From Tubulanus polymorphus (taxonomy: Eukaryota > Animalia > Nemertea), in assembly GCF_964204645.1 (NCBI RefSeq), contig NC_134025.1, positions 9,300,001 to 9,364,000 on the forward strand: DNA of 64,000 nt, written 5' to 3'. Every line of letters starts with the position of its first letter. Position 1 is the first letter of the stretch. Positions 12,972 to 26,800 of the stretch are shown here, one piece after another. Under the pieces are notes generated by a model. It saw only the letters and a list, made by a program, of their open reading frames with translations. It had not been told where the DNA came from and ran no database searches. The translations under genes were made by a program, and so were the position numbers.

Positions 12972-15900
12972 TCAAAATCCAGTATTCCATTGTATTGTCT
13001 GTGGTTTTTCGACGTTCATGTAACATATCACTTTATCGCCATTTTTTAACTGAACGTCCAGATCTCTGAAATTCATTCCACATTCTACACCAGTCTTTAT
13101 TGTCTCTACCTCATTTTTGAAATGTTTTAATGACTCTATTGCTCCTACATAAAGAAATTATGGAATATATCATGTACTAACTGTTTTTATTACCGTTTAT
13201 ATGTTTGAATAAATATGAAAACCTTTGTAAGAATTTTATGTATGTAACTTAAGACTCTTTTCGTGATTTCTTTCAAATGGTTGAACATTTCTTACCGTCA
13301 TATATCAGATCTTGTTCTCTGAAAATTCGAACAGCGTGCGACTTTTTATTCAGATAACCTTTTACGCAACGACATCCTGCGACTTGAATTCGCTTGCGGC
13401 CATCTTTGATATTAAACAACTCCAATACATTAGCTTCTCCTGAAATTAAATTGACATGCATATACAGCAAATGTCAATAATTAAAATGAAATTGAAAATG
13501 GGAAAAGATGATTACCATTACAGATCTGTCTTTTCACCCAAGGCCCGGTTTTATAGATTAGTATTAACCCGGGGCTAACTCAATTGATAATGAATGAGTT
13601 ATCCCCCAGGTTAAAGGTAACACCAGTGTATAAAACCGGGCTGGGGGTTTAAGTTAAAAAGTGTTAGCCCTAAGGGCTTTACTTAAACTGGTCTATTAAA
13701 CCAGCCACTGGAAAATTCATGTTTGTAAATACTGTATCAAAAATATCCAAATATAGAAATAGCCTATCTATGCTGTTCATAGTAACCGTAACATCTTGAT
13801 AACAAATGATTGACCAGCAGGTACATGTACTTGAAGGGCCAAATGAATGGTCCCACCATAAATATGGACATTTGGAGAAAAGTTTGATACTAACCTACTT
13901 TTTCTTCAATCTGTACTGGAGGAAGTCTGGCTGTTAATTGTACTCTGAGGTCATCGACTAATCTATAGATCACATTATGCAATAGGATTTTAACGCCATT
14001 TTCTTCGGCAAACTTTTTAATCACATCGGAAACCTTGACATTGAAACCATAAACTAGACCTAATGAAAAAGATATGTATTACAAAGAAGATTGATTCATG
14101 TAATCTCGAAATTAAGGATGTTACGCGTAAGAATTTTGATTAAACAAAGTGACTGAACAATTACCATCAAAGCTTTTAGCTAGATTGATATCGGTTTCGC
14201 TGATAGAACCGACTCCATAGTGTATAATATCTAGATGACATTGTTCAGATTGATAGGTATCTAATGTATCGAGAATAGCCTCAACCGATCCAGCTACATC
14301 TCCTGAAAAATAAATACAGATCTTTGAATCCATTTCGTTTGATGCATTCTTTAAGGAAATAATCTTTATTTGAACCTAATTCCGACGATTTGTGTAAAAG
14401 AATTGGAATCATAACAATTAAATAGCCGAAAATAAACCGAAAAATTAGATTTCTAGTTGGTTCAGAGCTTATAATAGTCTATGTAAGAACAGATAATCTG
14501 ACCTTTAATGACTATATTTAGGGCTGGTCCGGTCCGTGTTTCGATTTCTTCTTTTTGTTTCTGTTTTGGTTGAGTACGTATGAATCCCATCAGGTGGCGT
14601 TGTTTCAGTTCTTCTTCATATATCTGGCGATGTTCTCTGCGTTTCTTGTCGATAATCACCTGTTCTTCGGCAGCCTTTTGCTCACGTATATTCGATAGAC
14701 GGTAATCGACGACGGCATGAGCCTTGCGCTGTATTCAAAATTTCACCCTCATTACAGATCTCCAAATATTGTGCAATATATTTCTGATACATTGAAGTTG
14801 ACTGAATAAAGACTCGATTTTGCTAATAATCACTGGGCTTTCTGAGAAGATCTTGAACAAATATGCGAAATAGTTAAACTATTTCGATGAAACAACTTCT
14901 TTTTAATTTTAACACCGTCACAAATTCGTGTTGAGTTATCACAGTAAAAGTTATTTATAATGCTTTAGTTATAATATTAATATAATATTTGCTTTAGTCC
15001 TGGAAAACGAAATTGGCGTTATAATGAATTTATCTTTTAATTGAATGTGAGTTAAATTGGCCAAATTTGTTCTCTAAAAAAGGTTGGCATTATAACAGAC
15101 TTTGACAGTATATTAGAAATTTGATAAAACTGTCTTTGTGATTAAAGGAAAAAAATGTCACATTACATTACACTGACCTCACTCTCTACTTGCAGTATTT
15201 CATCACCAGCATGTGGAAGATCCCTCCAACCAATAATTTCTACTGGGCATCCAGGTGGTACCTCGCGTATTGGCTTTCCAAATTCATTAAACATCCCTCG
15301 AACCTTTGCCCACGCAGTTCCAGCTACTAGACATGTTCCTTTCTTTAACGTGCCTCGACGAATTAAAGCTGTCGCTAATTTTCTAAAGAAAAGTTAGGAA
15401 AATACTCGATCATACACAGAATAGTCTCTGAGATGATATTAACTGTTTTAATGAAATGCCGTGAAGTTTACCCTCGGCCGAGATCTGTCTTTGACTCGAT
15501 TACTTGAGCCTCAACATTTCCGGTCGGATCACTTCTAAAGTCACTAAGCTCGGCTAAAGTTACAATTGCTTCTTGTAGCTCCATCAAACCAGTGCCCTGA
15601 AATGAACAAGACAAAACTCGATTACTCATCAACCATCTACCTACTTCAGCTAAATAATCAAAAATTTACAGACCTTTAGTGCAGATATTGGTACAGCCAT
15701 TACATCTCCACCCTGGTCTTCTAATTGTATGCCTTCTTGCAATAGGCTGGATTTAGTTTTTTCCTATGTATGATATGAATTGTAATTTTTCTGAGATAAT
15801 TTTTAATTCCTGCCAACAATAGTTCTCTAAATACCATCAACTTACAATATCAGCTTCTCCCCTATCCATTTTATTGATTGCAACAATAATCGGAACTGAA

Positions 15901-17412
15901 AGGGAATGTTCTACATGAATTATACAATCTATTAACTAAAATGATGAATTATAAATCTGGACTGGCTTACACCAATAGCATCTATGCTAACTAACTTACC
16001 GCCTGCGTCTTGGGCAAATTTGATAGATTGTCTAGTTTGTTCCATGACTCCATCATCGGCAGCTACGACCAATACAACAATGTCAGTGATATGTGCTCCT
16101 CTCTCTCTCATCGCCGAGAATGCTGCATGGCCAGGCGTATCTAAGAATGTTATCGTATCACCGGTGGACAGTTTAACTGAAATTTTAAGGCGGTACAACT
16201 TTGTGTTAGATCTTACAAACGTTTAAAAATTTTTCGCGCAAATATCTCTCAGAAATTACCAGAGAAGGCACCGATATGTTGAGTGATTCCTCCGAATTCT
16301 TGTGAAACTATATGACTATGCCTTAGTGTGTCAAGCAATGTAGTTTTACCGTGATCGACATGGCCCATGATCGTCACAACAGGTGGACGTTTAACTAGTG
16401 CAGATTCTTCAGCAGGCGGTCTACAAATATAGGAAAGATATTGCAGAAGAAAGTTTGATCATAAATGACATTTTGCATGGAAGCTGAGATGGCTACAAAT
16501 AGCAAGATAGCAGCATGTCACTGAGCATAGATTGGAAGAATATAATCAGTTTGATCCGTGGCCTCTAATTTCAGTAATAACTTACTGTCTATAAACATCT
16601 TTGTCTTTTTTTGGTTTATTCTCTGAATCGTGTTCAATCTTGTATCTGTATCCAGTTTTTTTCAAAATCTCCTGAATAACTTCTATCTCTTCGATCACTT
16701 CATAGAAAAAGCGAAGAAACTAGTAGACATTCAAAGGCCGTTACCCAATAAATCCTTTCGGCAAATACTTACCCATATTCGGTTCATCATAGTAATCACC
16801 ACCAGGAATGTGAAAAAGGCAATCAAAGACATGATCTGGAATCAGGGGATAATAAGAATTCTCAGAACAGACATGAAGCAATATCCGCACAGGGCTGTTT
16901 CTAATTTGGACGCTGGGACAACTGACAGATCTAATTGAATGTAGCTCAACGATAGAAACTAAATCACTGAAAGATCGTACAACTGAATGAGTTAAGTACC
17001 TGTATCTTTGTCTAATAGATTGGCAACTTCCTGAACTGTCATTTTAGGGGTAATCGACAAGACTTCTCCGATCGCTTTTTTCGACTTGATACGAACGTTT
17101 ATTGGTTTCTTCTACATTAAAATTACATGGTGATTAATAGGCTTATCAAAAATATTATTTACTGATTTTTAAACGCTTTACATAACAACAAGGTCAAATA
17201 ATCTTCAATACCTTTGTTTTCTTTTTGGCCAATGCTGTCGGACTGGTATGAAACATCTGACCCTGAAGTAAGTTACATGACAAACAGTATGTCCCAGCTA
17301 CTGGGCCTGTTTGATGTGCGGTTGAAGAAGCCAAGGAATTTAAACCATTGGCATTGACCCTTTTCACCAAATGTCTCATTTTTAAAGCGTTATTCAACAC
17401 CATTCTACTCAT
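12972..17412 (-). CDS. MTIF2: Mitochondrial translation initiation factor IF-2 (multi-exon)
   Basis: Arg/Leu-rich targeting-like N-terminus with FHTS. Motifs [79 protein letters not shown] and VAGCRC, ending ...WNTGF-stop at 12972-12974. Confidence 0.97.
13543..13641. mobile_element. Short palindromic Harbinger/PIF-like MITE
   Basis: GCCCGGTTTTATA ... TATAAAACCGGGC terminal inverted repeats, with a partial second copy immediately downstream. Confidence 0.65.
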
Positions 17413-17823
17413 GGTGAAAACCGAGGTAGATTTATTTTTTAGTTTAATAAGTAAATATTCCTTTGAAATTAGATTTTTTCCATTTATTTCATAATGTCCT
17501 CGAATTATTTCGGAATTTTTTTTTCAGTTCATGGGCGCGGCCATATTGAATGGTACGTTAAGCGTGTAGCGAACATAAATAATATGCGAGAAACTATTTA
17601 CATAATCAAAGAATAAGCATTCGAGCAAATTAACAGATTCTTGTTAGTACATTTTAAATCCTAAATTTTTTTTATGGATCACTTAAATTCTATTTTTTCA
17701 TTAATATCATTAACTCACATTCGCAAAATACTACATCTCTTAAAACCCGGAAAGCAGGGCAGAATCGTCAATTGGATTTCCCGTGACGTCAATAGGCCTA
17801 CCGGTGTTTAGTACTCGAGCATC
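17413..17823. promoter_or_regulatory. Bidirectional promoter region between MTIF2 and PRORSD1
   Basis: The start codons diverge 411 bp apart. The region contains YY1-like GCGGCCATATTG (17537-17548), ETS-like CCGGAA (17747-17752) and CRE TGACGTCA (17784-17791). Confidence 0.7.
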
Positions 17824-18426
17824 ATGACTGCAGTACATCGAGCCGGATTAGAAGAAAAGCTGAATGAATGGGGTATTCATACCACCACAACTGAACATCC
17901 ACAAGTAAAATATCTTCCTATTTGAATATCATCATTTAATGATAATTTAGTTATTGATTGTATTGTTTGTAGTTGTTTTTTTCGTTTTCCTCAATACTAG
18001 GTTTTTACTGTTGAAGCTATGATGGAACATGTCGGTCATTTGAAAGGGGCTGTGACGAAAAATCTTTTTCTAAGTGACAAGAAAAAGAAGTTGTACCTAT
18101 TCTCGGCTTTACACAACCGCGACATAAAACTGAATGAACTGGCGAAAAAAATCGGAGCCGCTTCCGGGGGAATACGTTTCGCCGATGAATCCGTGCTGTT
18201 TGAAAAACTTGGCGTTAAACAAGGATGTGTAACCGCATTTGCTCTGATTAATGATGTGGCGGGGGATGTTAAGTTTTGCATTGATGCCGATCTGATCAAT
18301 GGTACTTATGATACAATATATTTCCATCCTCTAGATAATGCAGCGTCATCTGGTATCTCGCCCGAAGACTTCAAAAAGTTCCTCACCGCAGTGAAACATG
18401 AACCACTTTCTGTAAGCTTTGATTAA
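17824..18426 (+). CDS. PRORSD1: Prolyl-tRNA synthetase associated domain protein 1 (ProXp-ala/PrdX deacylase, YbaK family)
   Basis: Exon 17824-17904 (MTAVHRAGLEEKLNEWGIHTTTTEHPQ) joins 18001-18426 (VFTVEAMM...KNLFLSDKKKK...RFADE...LGVKQGCVTAFALIND...FHPLDN). These are ProXp-ala motifs. Confidence 0.93.
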
Positions 18427-18522
18427 TGAGTATCTTCATACAGTTAACTTATGAATATTGGTTAATACAGATGAATTCAGTCAAGATTTTGTTCTCAAAT
18501 GGTTTGCGAATTAAGTGGGGCT

Positions 18523-18786
18523 TCTGTACAAGACCTGAAACCTTTTTAATGATGTACAACAAATTCAGAAATACATGTAATAACATTTATTTTTAGAAAA
18601 CCGAAACTCATAATCCATAGTCGTTCTTTATTCATTAAAATATCTTCTTTCAATTCTGTACAAGACCTGAAACCTTTTTAATGATGTACAACGAATTCAG
18701 AAATACATGTAATAACATTTATTTTTAGAAAACTGAAACTTATAATCCATAGTCGTTCTTTATTCATTAAAATATCTTCTTTCAAT
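18523..18786. repeat. Recent 2 x 132-bp tandem duplication between the convergent 3' ends of PRORSD1 and ZRANB3
   Basis: TCTGTACAAGACCTGAAACC...ATCTTCTTTCAAT repeated at 132-bp offset with about 3 substitutions. Confidence 0.95.
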
Positions 18787-18811
18787 GCAAATGCTGAGAT
18801 TTGCGAAACAT

Positions 18812-20861
18812 TTAATCAGTTCCTTGCGAGGGTTTAAAAAATTTAGTTAAGTCCGCATATTTTTGAGTATGTTGCTTTCTTCGGTTGATGGCTTGCTGGC
18901 GCTTCTGGGATGAAGTTACTTTTTGATGACACAGAACACACAAAGTCCGAAGGTTGTCAATATCGCACTGCCCTCCTCCATCCATGACTGCTTTGATATG
19001 ATCCACATGCCAAAACTGAAATAACGATTTCTAATTGGTTATCAGTTCATTCAAGAGGCTTATCTTCATGAAACTACAGAAAAATCTGCTTAAATCAGAT
19101 CATTTGGGTAGAACAAAATTCAAAAGTCATTTTCTTGTATATTAATGAACAAATGGACTGCTGTCCAGATAAGGCCACAATCGGGATTAAGCGGTTTTGA
19201 CTGTACCTGTCCTCTGTATGGTTTTGTGACCATCCTATCTTTGACTTCAGGTTTTAAGATGTTATACGGACTGTCTTTGATCAGCTGAGCTCTCCTCTCT
19301 AGATCTTTAGTGACTCTAAAAAACAATGATCAAACAATATATACCCCTGTCAACTTCTCTAAATACGGGTTATTGTTGCGTATACTCTCAAGTTTTTAGG
19401 ATTGACTAGATGATAATGACTTACTTGATTTGTGTAAAAAACTGCTCTGCATTGAACTTACAAATCTGGCAAATTCCCTGTTCAACTTCATATATTATCT
19501 TGCGTCCGTACTCGCGACTGGTTTTCACCTGAATTTTATTGCAATTTATTATGTTATCATAAACTGACAAGTTACTCAAGAAATTTCTCAATATTCATTA
19601 TCTTACCCAGTGTTGTTCTGAGCACTGCTTCGAGCAGAATCTCGTATGCCAGGCATATTCTTCAGGGTTGTTGTTAATTTGAATAGCTTCATTCGGTTTC
19701 TGACAATTGATACATAATGGTACCCCGGTCTTATCAACAGCCTTCAATAATAAACAATCACACAAACTATTCAACTATCGGACTTGAAATGATCATCTTT
19801 GTACTGCTTACTAATTTCCCACTCAAGAGGTTGATGGTACTCTTGAGGATACAAACAAACAAATCTAACAAAATTTCACAAAGTTCATTACCTGCACATA
19901 GCCTAGATCCCCTTGATAAAATGCAACACCAGGTTCTGCTGTAATTTCATCAGGTTCAATTGATTTACGCGGGCGTTTAGAATCTTGCTGGATTGGTGAC
20001 ATATTGCACTGGTCTACGGAGACGTGGGACTTTTCCGGTGTTGAAATGGTTGCAAATGTAGAAGAAAGCGATCGACATTCATGGTTCGACATTTCACCTA
20101 AACATAGAAAATCAGGGGTGAGAATAGGCTACAAATATATTCGTAGTGGTAGCACTGGTGACAGAACTGGAAGTACGAGTATATTTGTAGCCGGCGGCGA
20201 ATATGTTAAGATGTTTTAGTTATCTTAATAATGACTTCAAGATACTCATTCCATTTTAAAATTTCAGGATCCAGTTTCACTATTGTGAGTTACTGGTACA
20301 TAGATTTTTTAGATTCAAAATTAGAGTTCAAATTCTTTCCACCAGGAAACTTGGTTCTGAATTGTAGAATTGTTTCAAATACCTTGCTCTAAAAAGGCAG
20401 CTTTTCTCAAAGCGGTGTACGATTTTCCATTTCGTTTCGTGGCACTACTACCACTACCTTTAAAACCCGGTTTTAAAGGCCTTTTTTTCGGAGTAACGTG
20501 ACACGCTCGTTTCTTCGGCGTTTTTAACGCTTTCACTTCATCCGGAACTGGATACGCTTTGCACAGTTCTTTCAGGCGAGTTTCTAGAGATTGTTTTGCT
20601 TTATCCTGCTTCGGACGGTTGATGATGCGAACGGTTCCACCAGATTCTTGAGCTGCGGCTACAGCATTGAATGCAACGTCGAGCTAAAACATGAATGTAC
20701 GTATGATTGTCTCAACCAGATATCCTCATAACTCAGGAGTAAATGGGTAGCTGGTGTGATAGATGACTGATAAATGGTTAGAGTTTATAGGCTGGGGGTA
20801 ATAATACTGGAAAGTTGAGCGCTATGGGTAGCTTTGCTGGATTTAGCACTATATAAGACAC

Positions 20862-20893
<32 letters not shown>

Positions 20894-23800
20894 CATTATT
20901 ATTACTATCATTATCATCATTATTATTAGTGGTGATAAGAACAATAAGAAGTTTGGTATCATAACATTTTTCTAATATTCAACAACTATTTAGTAAATTA
21001 GGCTTCAATATACGGGGTAATTATCATATCAGTCGGTATCATATTACTGAAATGTTTAATCCAACTCCCTCTGAACTTGTATATTCGCCGTACGTTATGA
21101 ATCCTCTGAAGAATCCTAGTTATTATCGTTATCCTTACCTTGGTAGTGTATCTTTGTTTGGATACCGGTTTTCTTCGTACGTCCTCGTAACAACGTATTG
21201 GACTAGTGAACAATTGACCACCATTACTCACTACTCGCCGTTTCGTCAAAGTTAAACTGGAAGCAAAAGATTCATTTAATTTTCATTTTCCGATCGAGCG
21301 AATTGAACTAAGCACTTCAATGATGGCCGATCGATTCATGTTGAAATCAAAGAGCCAGGCTACTCATGAACATCTTGTACCTGTTCCATTCAGCACAGAA
21401 AACTTTCACAAGCTGTAAATGTTGTGGATGAATAAGCAAATCCGGCAAATCGGTGAAGTTCTCGGTTTCAACGTCTAATGGTAGAAAACTCGCATTCAGA
21501 GGCGTTCCATCCTAAACAGAAACAAGGATTATAAGGGTATATCGATTCAACCACTAGGGTACATCAATATAGACATTAAGCCGCTTTAAACGTCGTTTCA
21601 TCGCATCTGAAGCTACATGGATAATACGCTCACCAGATCAAAAAGATAGACTCGACTCGTATTCTTGCTCGTACAGTAAAGAAACTGGGAGTAAACTGTC
21701 ATCTCATCCAAGTCGATGCTTCTACTTTTATCGTCGGCCGTATTTGAATCGTTTTCGTTCTCATTGTCGGGTCCCTTTGGATCAGATGATTCCAAATGTC
21801 CAATCGATTCATGTAATTCACGAGCCGTGATGAAATCTCCTCCTGTGAATCGAAGAGTTTAAGACCTTCATCAAAGAAATCTACAAAAATCTAGACAATG
21901 GGACGTATGAATTTACCTTGAACATTCGCCATTTGTTGGTTGTCAGTTACGTTCACAAAGGACGTTTTCTCAAGGGTTTCAGAAGGTTTACTGTTGTCAT
22001 TTTCTTCACTGATAGTCATATCATTATTTACAGTATCCTGATGAAGATTATTTTTAATTTCTTTAATCTCCTTCTCGTGAATACCAATATCCTGTATTGT
22101 TGATTCACCTTTCATGACAAGCGGTGACTCGACAAATGTCTCATCATTACTATCGGCAATAACAGTAATCTCATTTTCTTCGGATATCTTGACCATTTCC
22201 GTCGACGAGAGGCTTTCGTCTTCGTCACTGGTGATGACCGTTATATCGTCGAGATCGGCCAAAGCTTCGGGACTAAGACGTATCTCGGGCTCCTCTTCGC
22301 TGCTGATGTCTAGTATATCGATATCATCCATTCCGGCAAGCGATTCGTCATCCGAAAACAGCGACTCCGATCCACAAGATTCTAAGTCATCTTTTTCGTC
22401 GGGTACATCTCCATTTGGACACAAATGAAGCGTCTGAACTTGAGAATTTCTATCATCTAAAGACTCTATTCCGTCGTAAGCAGCGTTGTTTTCTAAATCA
22501 CAGATGTTTCCAGAGACTGTAAAACTTATTGCACTTTCATTATTTTCATTGCCAGCATTTACGCCAGACGATCGTAAATTCGCTCGAGGAGATCCACTTT
22601 CTTCGCATTTATCAAGAGCTCCGACGAGTTGTTCATCGTCGGACGTACTTTCGATTAGACTAACTGGAAGCGGTTGCGAAAGCGAATATCGACTATCAAA
22701 TGAATCATTGCGACTCACGAAAGAGTTTGAATTTGTTAACGATGATCGTTCCAGTAACGAGGGAGAGTTTGATTCATTCAATGGAGCAGACGTCCATTTC
22801 TCATTGTTTGAATTTCTAGAATCTTGTGAAGCCATATTTTCGAAGGATGTTTGAGATTCCCAATATTGCACAGCACCGATCAGTTCATCGTCATCTTCTG
22901 AATCTATTTGTTGCGGGATATGATCATCTTTCCCCGCTTCAACAATCGCACATATTTTAGCACTAGTTTTTGTGGTAGTCTTCATTGTGTCTGCTTTACG
23001 CTTATAATTTCTAATTTGTGGTTTTCGAATTATTTCTGGTAGATCGTCTTCTTTGCAATTGATGCCATACGATTTGATATCATCAACTAAAGAAATACAT
23101 TCATTGCAATTAAAAGATCAGCCGCTTTTTGAAAAGAATCAAGATATTTAGCGTTCCACCTTTTCGCTTTAGTCGTTTTCGTTTCTCTTGCGGTTTGAAA
23201 TCTTCCACGTCATCGCTATCAGAATCAATAGTAATCAACGGAGGAGTTTTACGCAGATTTTTCTTCTTCGTTCGCCCTCCGAAGAAGTCTGTAATCTGAG
23301 TTAGTTTATCGGCTACTGCATTCGGATCGTCAGAGAAAAATGCCGTGGCGGTGTTGTCCGTAGGAGGCTCATAAACATCGGCATTTGATAATTTCGCGAT
23401 CTGACCGATGTCTTTTGATTCCCTAGCTTTGAGTTCTTGCACTTGCCCATTCAGAGTTGTTGTAATGATTATGTTCTAAAATCAAAATCAAACATTCTTT
23501 AAAAAGTTTAATTAAAGAGCTACAATTATGTACATGTACTATAAGCGATGGCTTTCTGTCTGTATCTAGTATTTCACTATATACATGTTTCTGAAGTGAT
23601 AAGGCGTGGTTTGTAGCAGTCAGGTTTCTCGAAAGTAAGCACTCTTCAGCACTTTTGTTGGGAAAAAGTAGCACTTTTTCAGTGAATCGCCCCCATAATA
23701 AACATTGTAACTTCTCATCATGATTTGTCAAACCATAGACATGTAAATTGCTTTTGATCAACTGATCAACCACAATAATGAAAGATTTTTTAGGCTTTCG

Positions 23801-26800
23801 AGTCAATACCGTTAAGTACTGGTAGCACTTTTCAGCACTTTTTGACATGTAAGCACAAATTGGGTCTTAATAATTTTTTCCCAAAAATTAGCACAAATTA
23901 GAGCTCAGTAGACTTTCTAGAACCCATATAAGAAAATAGAAACTTAACATTCGATCAATATGCACCTTTTTCGAGACAGCAGACCAAACCCATTCATCAA
24001 CTGTACTATGAGCTACCAGGTACTGGATGTTTACAGTGCTTTGTTGGCCGATGCGATGTGCCCTGTCTTCACACTGAACTAAAACTCCAGGAGTCCAATA
24101 AAGTTCAGCAAAAACGACCAATGATGCCGCAGTGAATGTGAGACCCTGGAAGATATACGCAGTAGAAGATGCTTTTCAAATATCTATTACTATGTAGTGG
24201 AAAATATGAGCAAACAAATACAAAGCTGGATAGACAAATACTCACGACACCTGCGGCTAATATACTGAGAATAGCAACCTTCACGTCTGGATCATTTTGA
24301 AATGAATGAACCAGATCCTACAAAACACACCGGTATTCATATTAACAAAGCATCAACATAAACCTAAGGGAAGATATCGTACTCAATAAAAGATAACAAT
24401 ATGTAGACATGTCCTATCACGCAGACAATATTGACTATGGTGTTATGAGCTGAAGGAATGTGGCTGGAATTGATTTTTATTTGAATATATTTTCAGTGTT
24501 CTCCATACGCTGGAATTTTAAAGGGGCGGCATTCATTGTTTAGTGTATGACATCATAGCTGCTGAAGTAGTAAGGCTTTCAATCCCTCTTACAGAAACTT
24601 GAGCTTAATTTTGGTGTTATCTTCTATTTCTGGTAGGGGGAGCAGATATTTTATTAGGGGTGGCTGATTTTCAGAGGAGTGGATGTAAACACGAAAGGGC
24701 CCCTCTAAAACCTGTGCTGTGGAGAACACTGATATTGCTGGTTACTACTATACTTACAGGTCGAACGATTTGTGGTGTATTTCCATCGATGCGAATGAAA
24801 TTAACCTTACTGTCCCATAACTGTCTCTGAATAGCATCCATCATGTCGTGATGATACGCAAAGATCAGAATCTTCTGGCTGTCATTTTCGACCAACATTT
24901 TAACATATTCCACAACCGGACCGATCTTAAGAAATAATAAATTTTTCATTCATACATTGTACAAAGTTTGACCTCTATCACATCGGATTTGTAAATACAG
25001 CAGACTCCACCTCACTCAGAACTATTGGGAGCATGAATTGAGAGTTGATCGGATACTGACTTGAGAATGAGGAAAGAATCTTTGTAGATAGAATCAGAAG
25101 AATCTTTGTAATACTAAATCAACCAAGTGGGCAAGATTTCACTCAACACGAACAATTTCGATGAAAAATTGAAATTACCTTAGCCAGGCAAGTTTGTCTG
25201 TACAATTTAAGCACCAATTGTTTCATTTCGAAAAACGAATTGCCGACCGTAATTCCGTCATCGGTCGCACGAAAAAAATCGATCACGCTGAGCTTCAATC
25301 GTTTGATTATGCCGGTCAAATCAGTCCAACTTTGTTCGACGTTCTTCCTATACTGCGATTCCTTGATGTCGAACGATATTTTCTGACGTTGTTTCGGAGG
25401 CAATTGAGTCAACACGTTATCCTTCAACCGACGAATCATTATATTTCTAAGTTTCGTTTGCAGCTCGTCTAAATTACTGGCACCTCTTGAAATAGAAAAA
25501 ATTACACGAATCAATAGAATTAAAAACTGGAATGATTTTGATACACTCTGACCCGAGGACTGATTATAACACAAGTTATAACACATAAAGGATTGAAGAA
25601 TTTTTACAATGAACAAAGACTTTTTAAGGAAAAATAACTGCTACTATAAAATCCCAAATGAAATAAAAAATTCCAGGTAAAATGTAACTTAGCAGCAAAT
25701 TAAAATATGTGACATACGTTAATCGCCACACAATCAGTACATGGATTGCACGTTATTATACCATTTAACGGAAGTGTCTATGAATTGAATTACTTACGAA
25801 GTATTCCATTTGCGAACACGCCCAAAGTGTTCGTATTTAGCATCGCAGTACCTCTGAGCGAAGGCGCCCCACGATATAAAGTCACCATAGCACAGAGCAT
25901 CTAATTGGGCAAACAACTAAAATTACAAGAATCAGTCAATCCAATCAAGTCTGAAAATTATGTCGTAAATCTTTTTATGTGAATCATGACAAGAACCTCA
26001 GCAGGACGCGATAGGGCTGGAGTACCCGTAATCAGTAACCTTCTGATCGCTCGTTGTACCAACGGAACTAGTATTTTCGCCGAGATGCTCAGGCGATTTT
26101 TGATGTAATGCGATTCGTCTAACACGACGATCTTGAACTTCTGCTGAAACAGAGCTTCGACGAGTAGACCGCTACGATTATTCCTTATCAAACCGTACGA
26201 AACTATACTGATCGGCGAAATCGCTATCGACCTGAAAAATTGAAATCAGGAAATCAGGATCTGCGATTCGGTATTAAGAACACTGACTTTGTTACTACAG
26301 GGTGTCCCATTAATTACTATACATAAAGAACTGCCTGTCATTTTCAAACCGCTGAGATAAATCAGCCAAATCTTCAGGAGAGATGGACTACAATAATACT
26401 TGTTTGCCCAATTATTATTTTAAAAAAGTTTCATTTCTTATAGATTGAATCATAATCAATATTCTTTTCATTCCTTTGTCTATGCGGGGATAGAATGGAT
26501 ATTTTGAACGATAAAAAATCCCTCATGATTGTACTAGTATCCAAACAAAAATGAACTTGATATTCGGTTAACTCTAAGGCCCATACCCATCAAACCAATC
26601 CCAGAACATCGGTTTCTGGTTATTTTTTAATTCAATTATTAGGAATTGTGATTCCTTATACATGTACAGGCAACCTACCCCACATCGTTACCAGACTGAA
26701 TTAAGTTTATATCATGAGGATGGATGTCCGGAAACCATTTCTCAATTTCTTCGATCCACGGATATTTCAAAGAGGATGGAACGACAATTAACACCGGCCA

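Noticed and set aside
22114-22854. Plus-strand Ser-rich ORFs
   Set aside because: Antisense shadows of the acidic ZRANB3 exon.
23560-23920. 141-aa minus-strand ORF and recurring AGCACTTT motifs in a ZRANB3 intron
   Set aside because: No recognisable protein. It is probably a decayed hAT-like subterminal region, but the termini are not clear.
26297-26400. TACAGGGTGTCCC Tc1/mariner-like terminus
   Set aside because: No matching right-hand TIR was found, so a complete element cannot be delimited.
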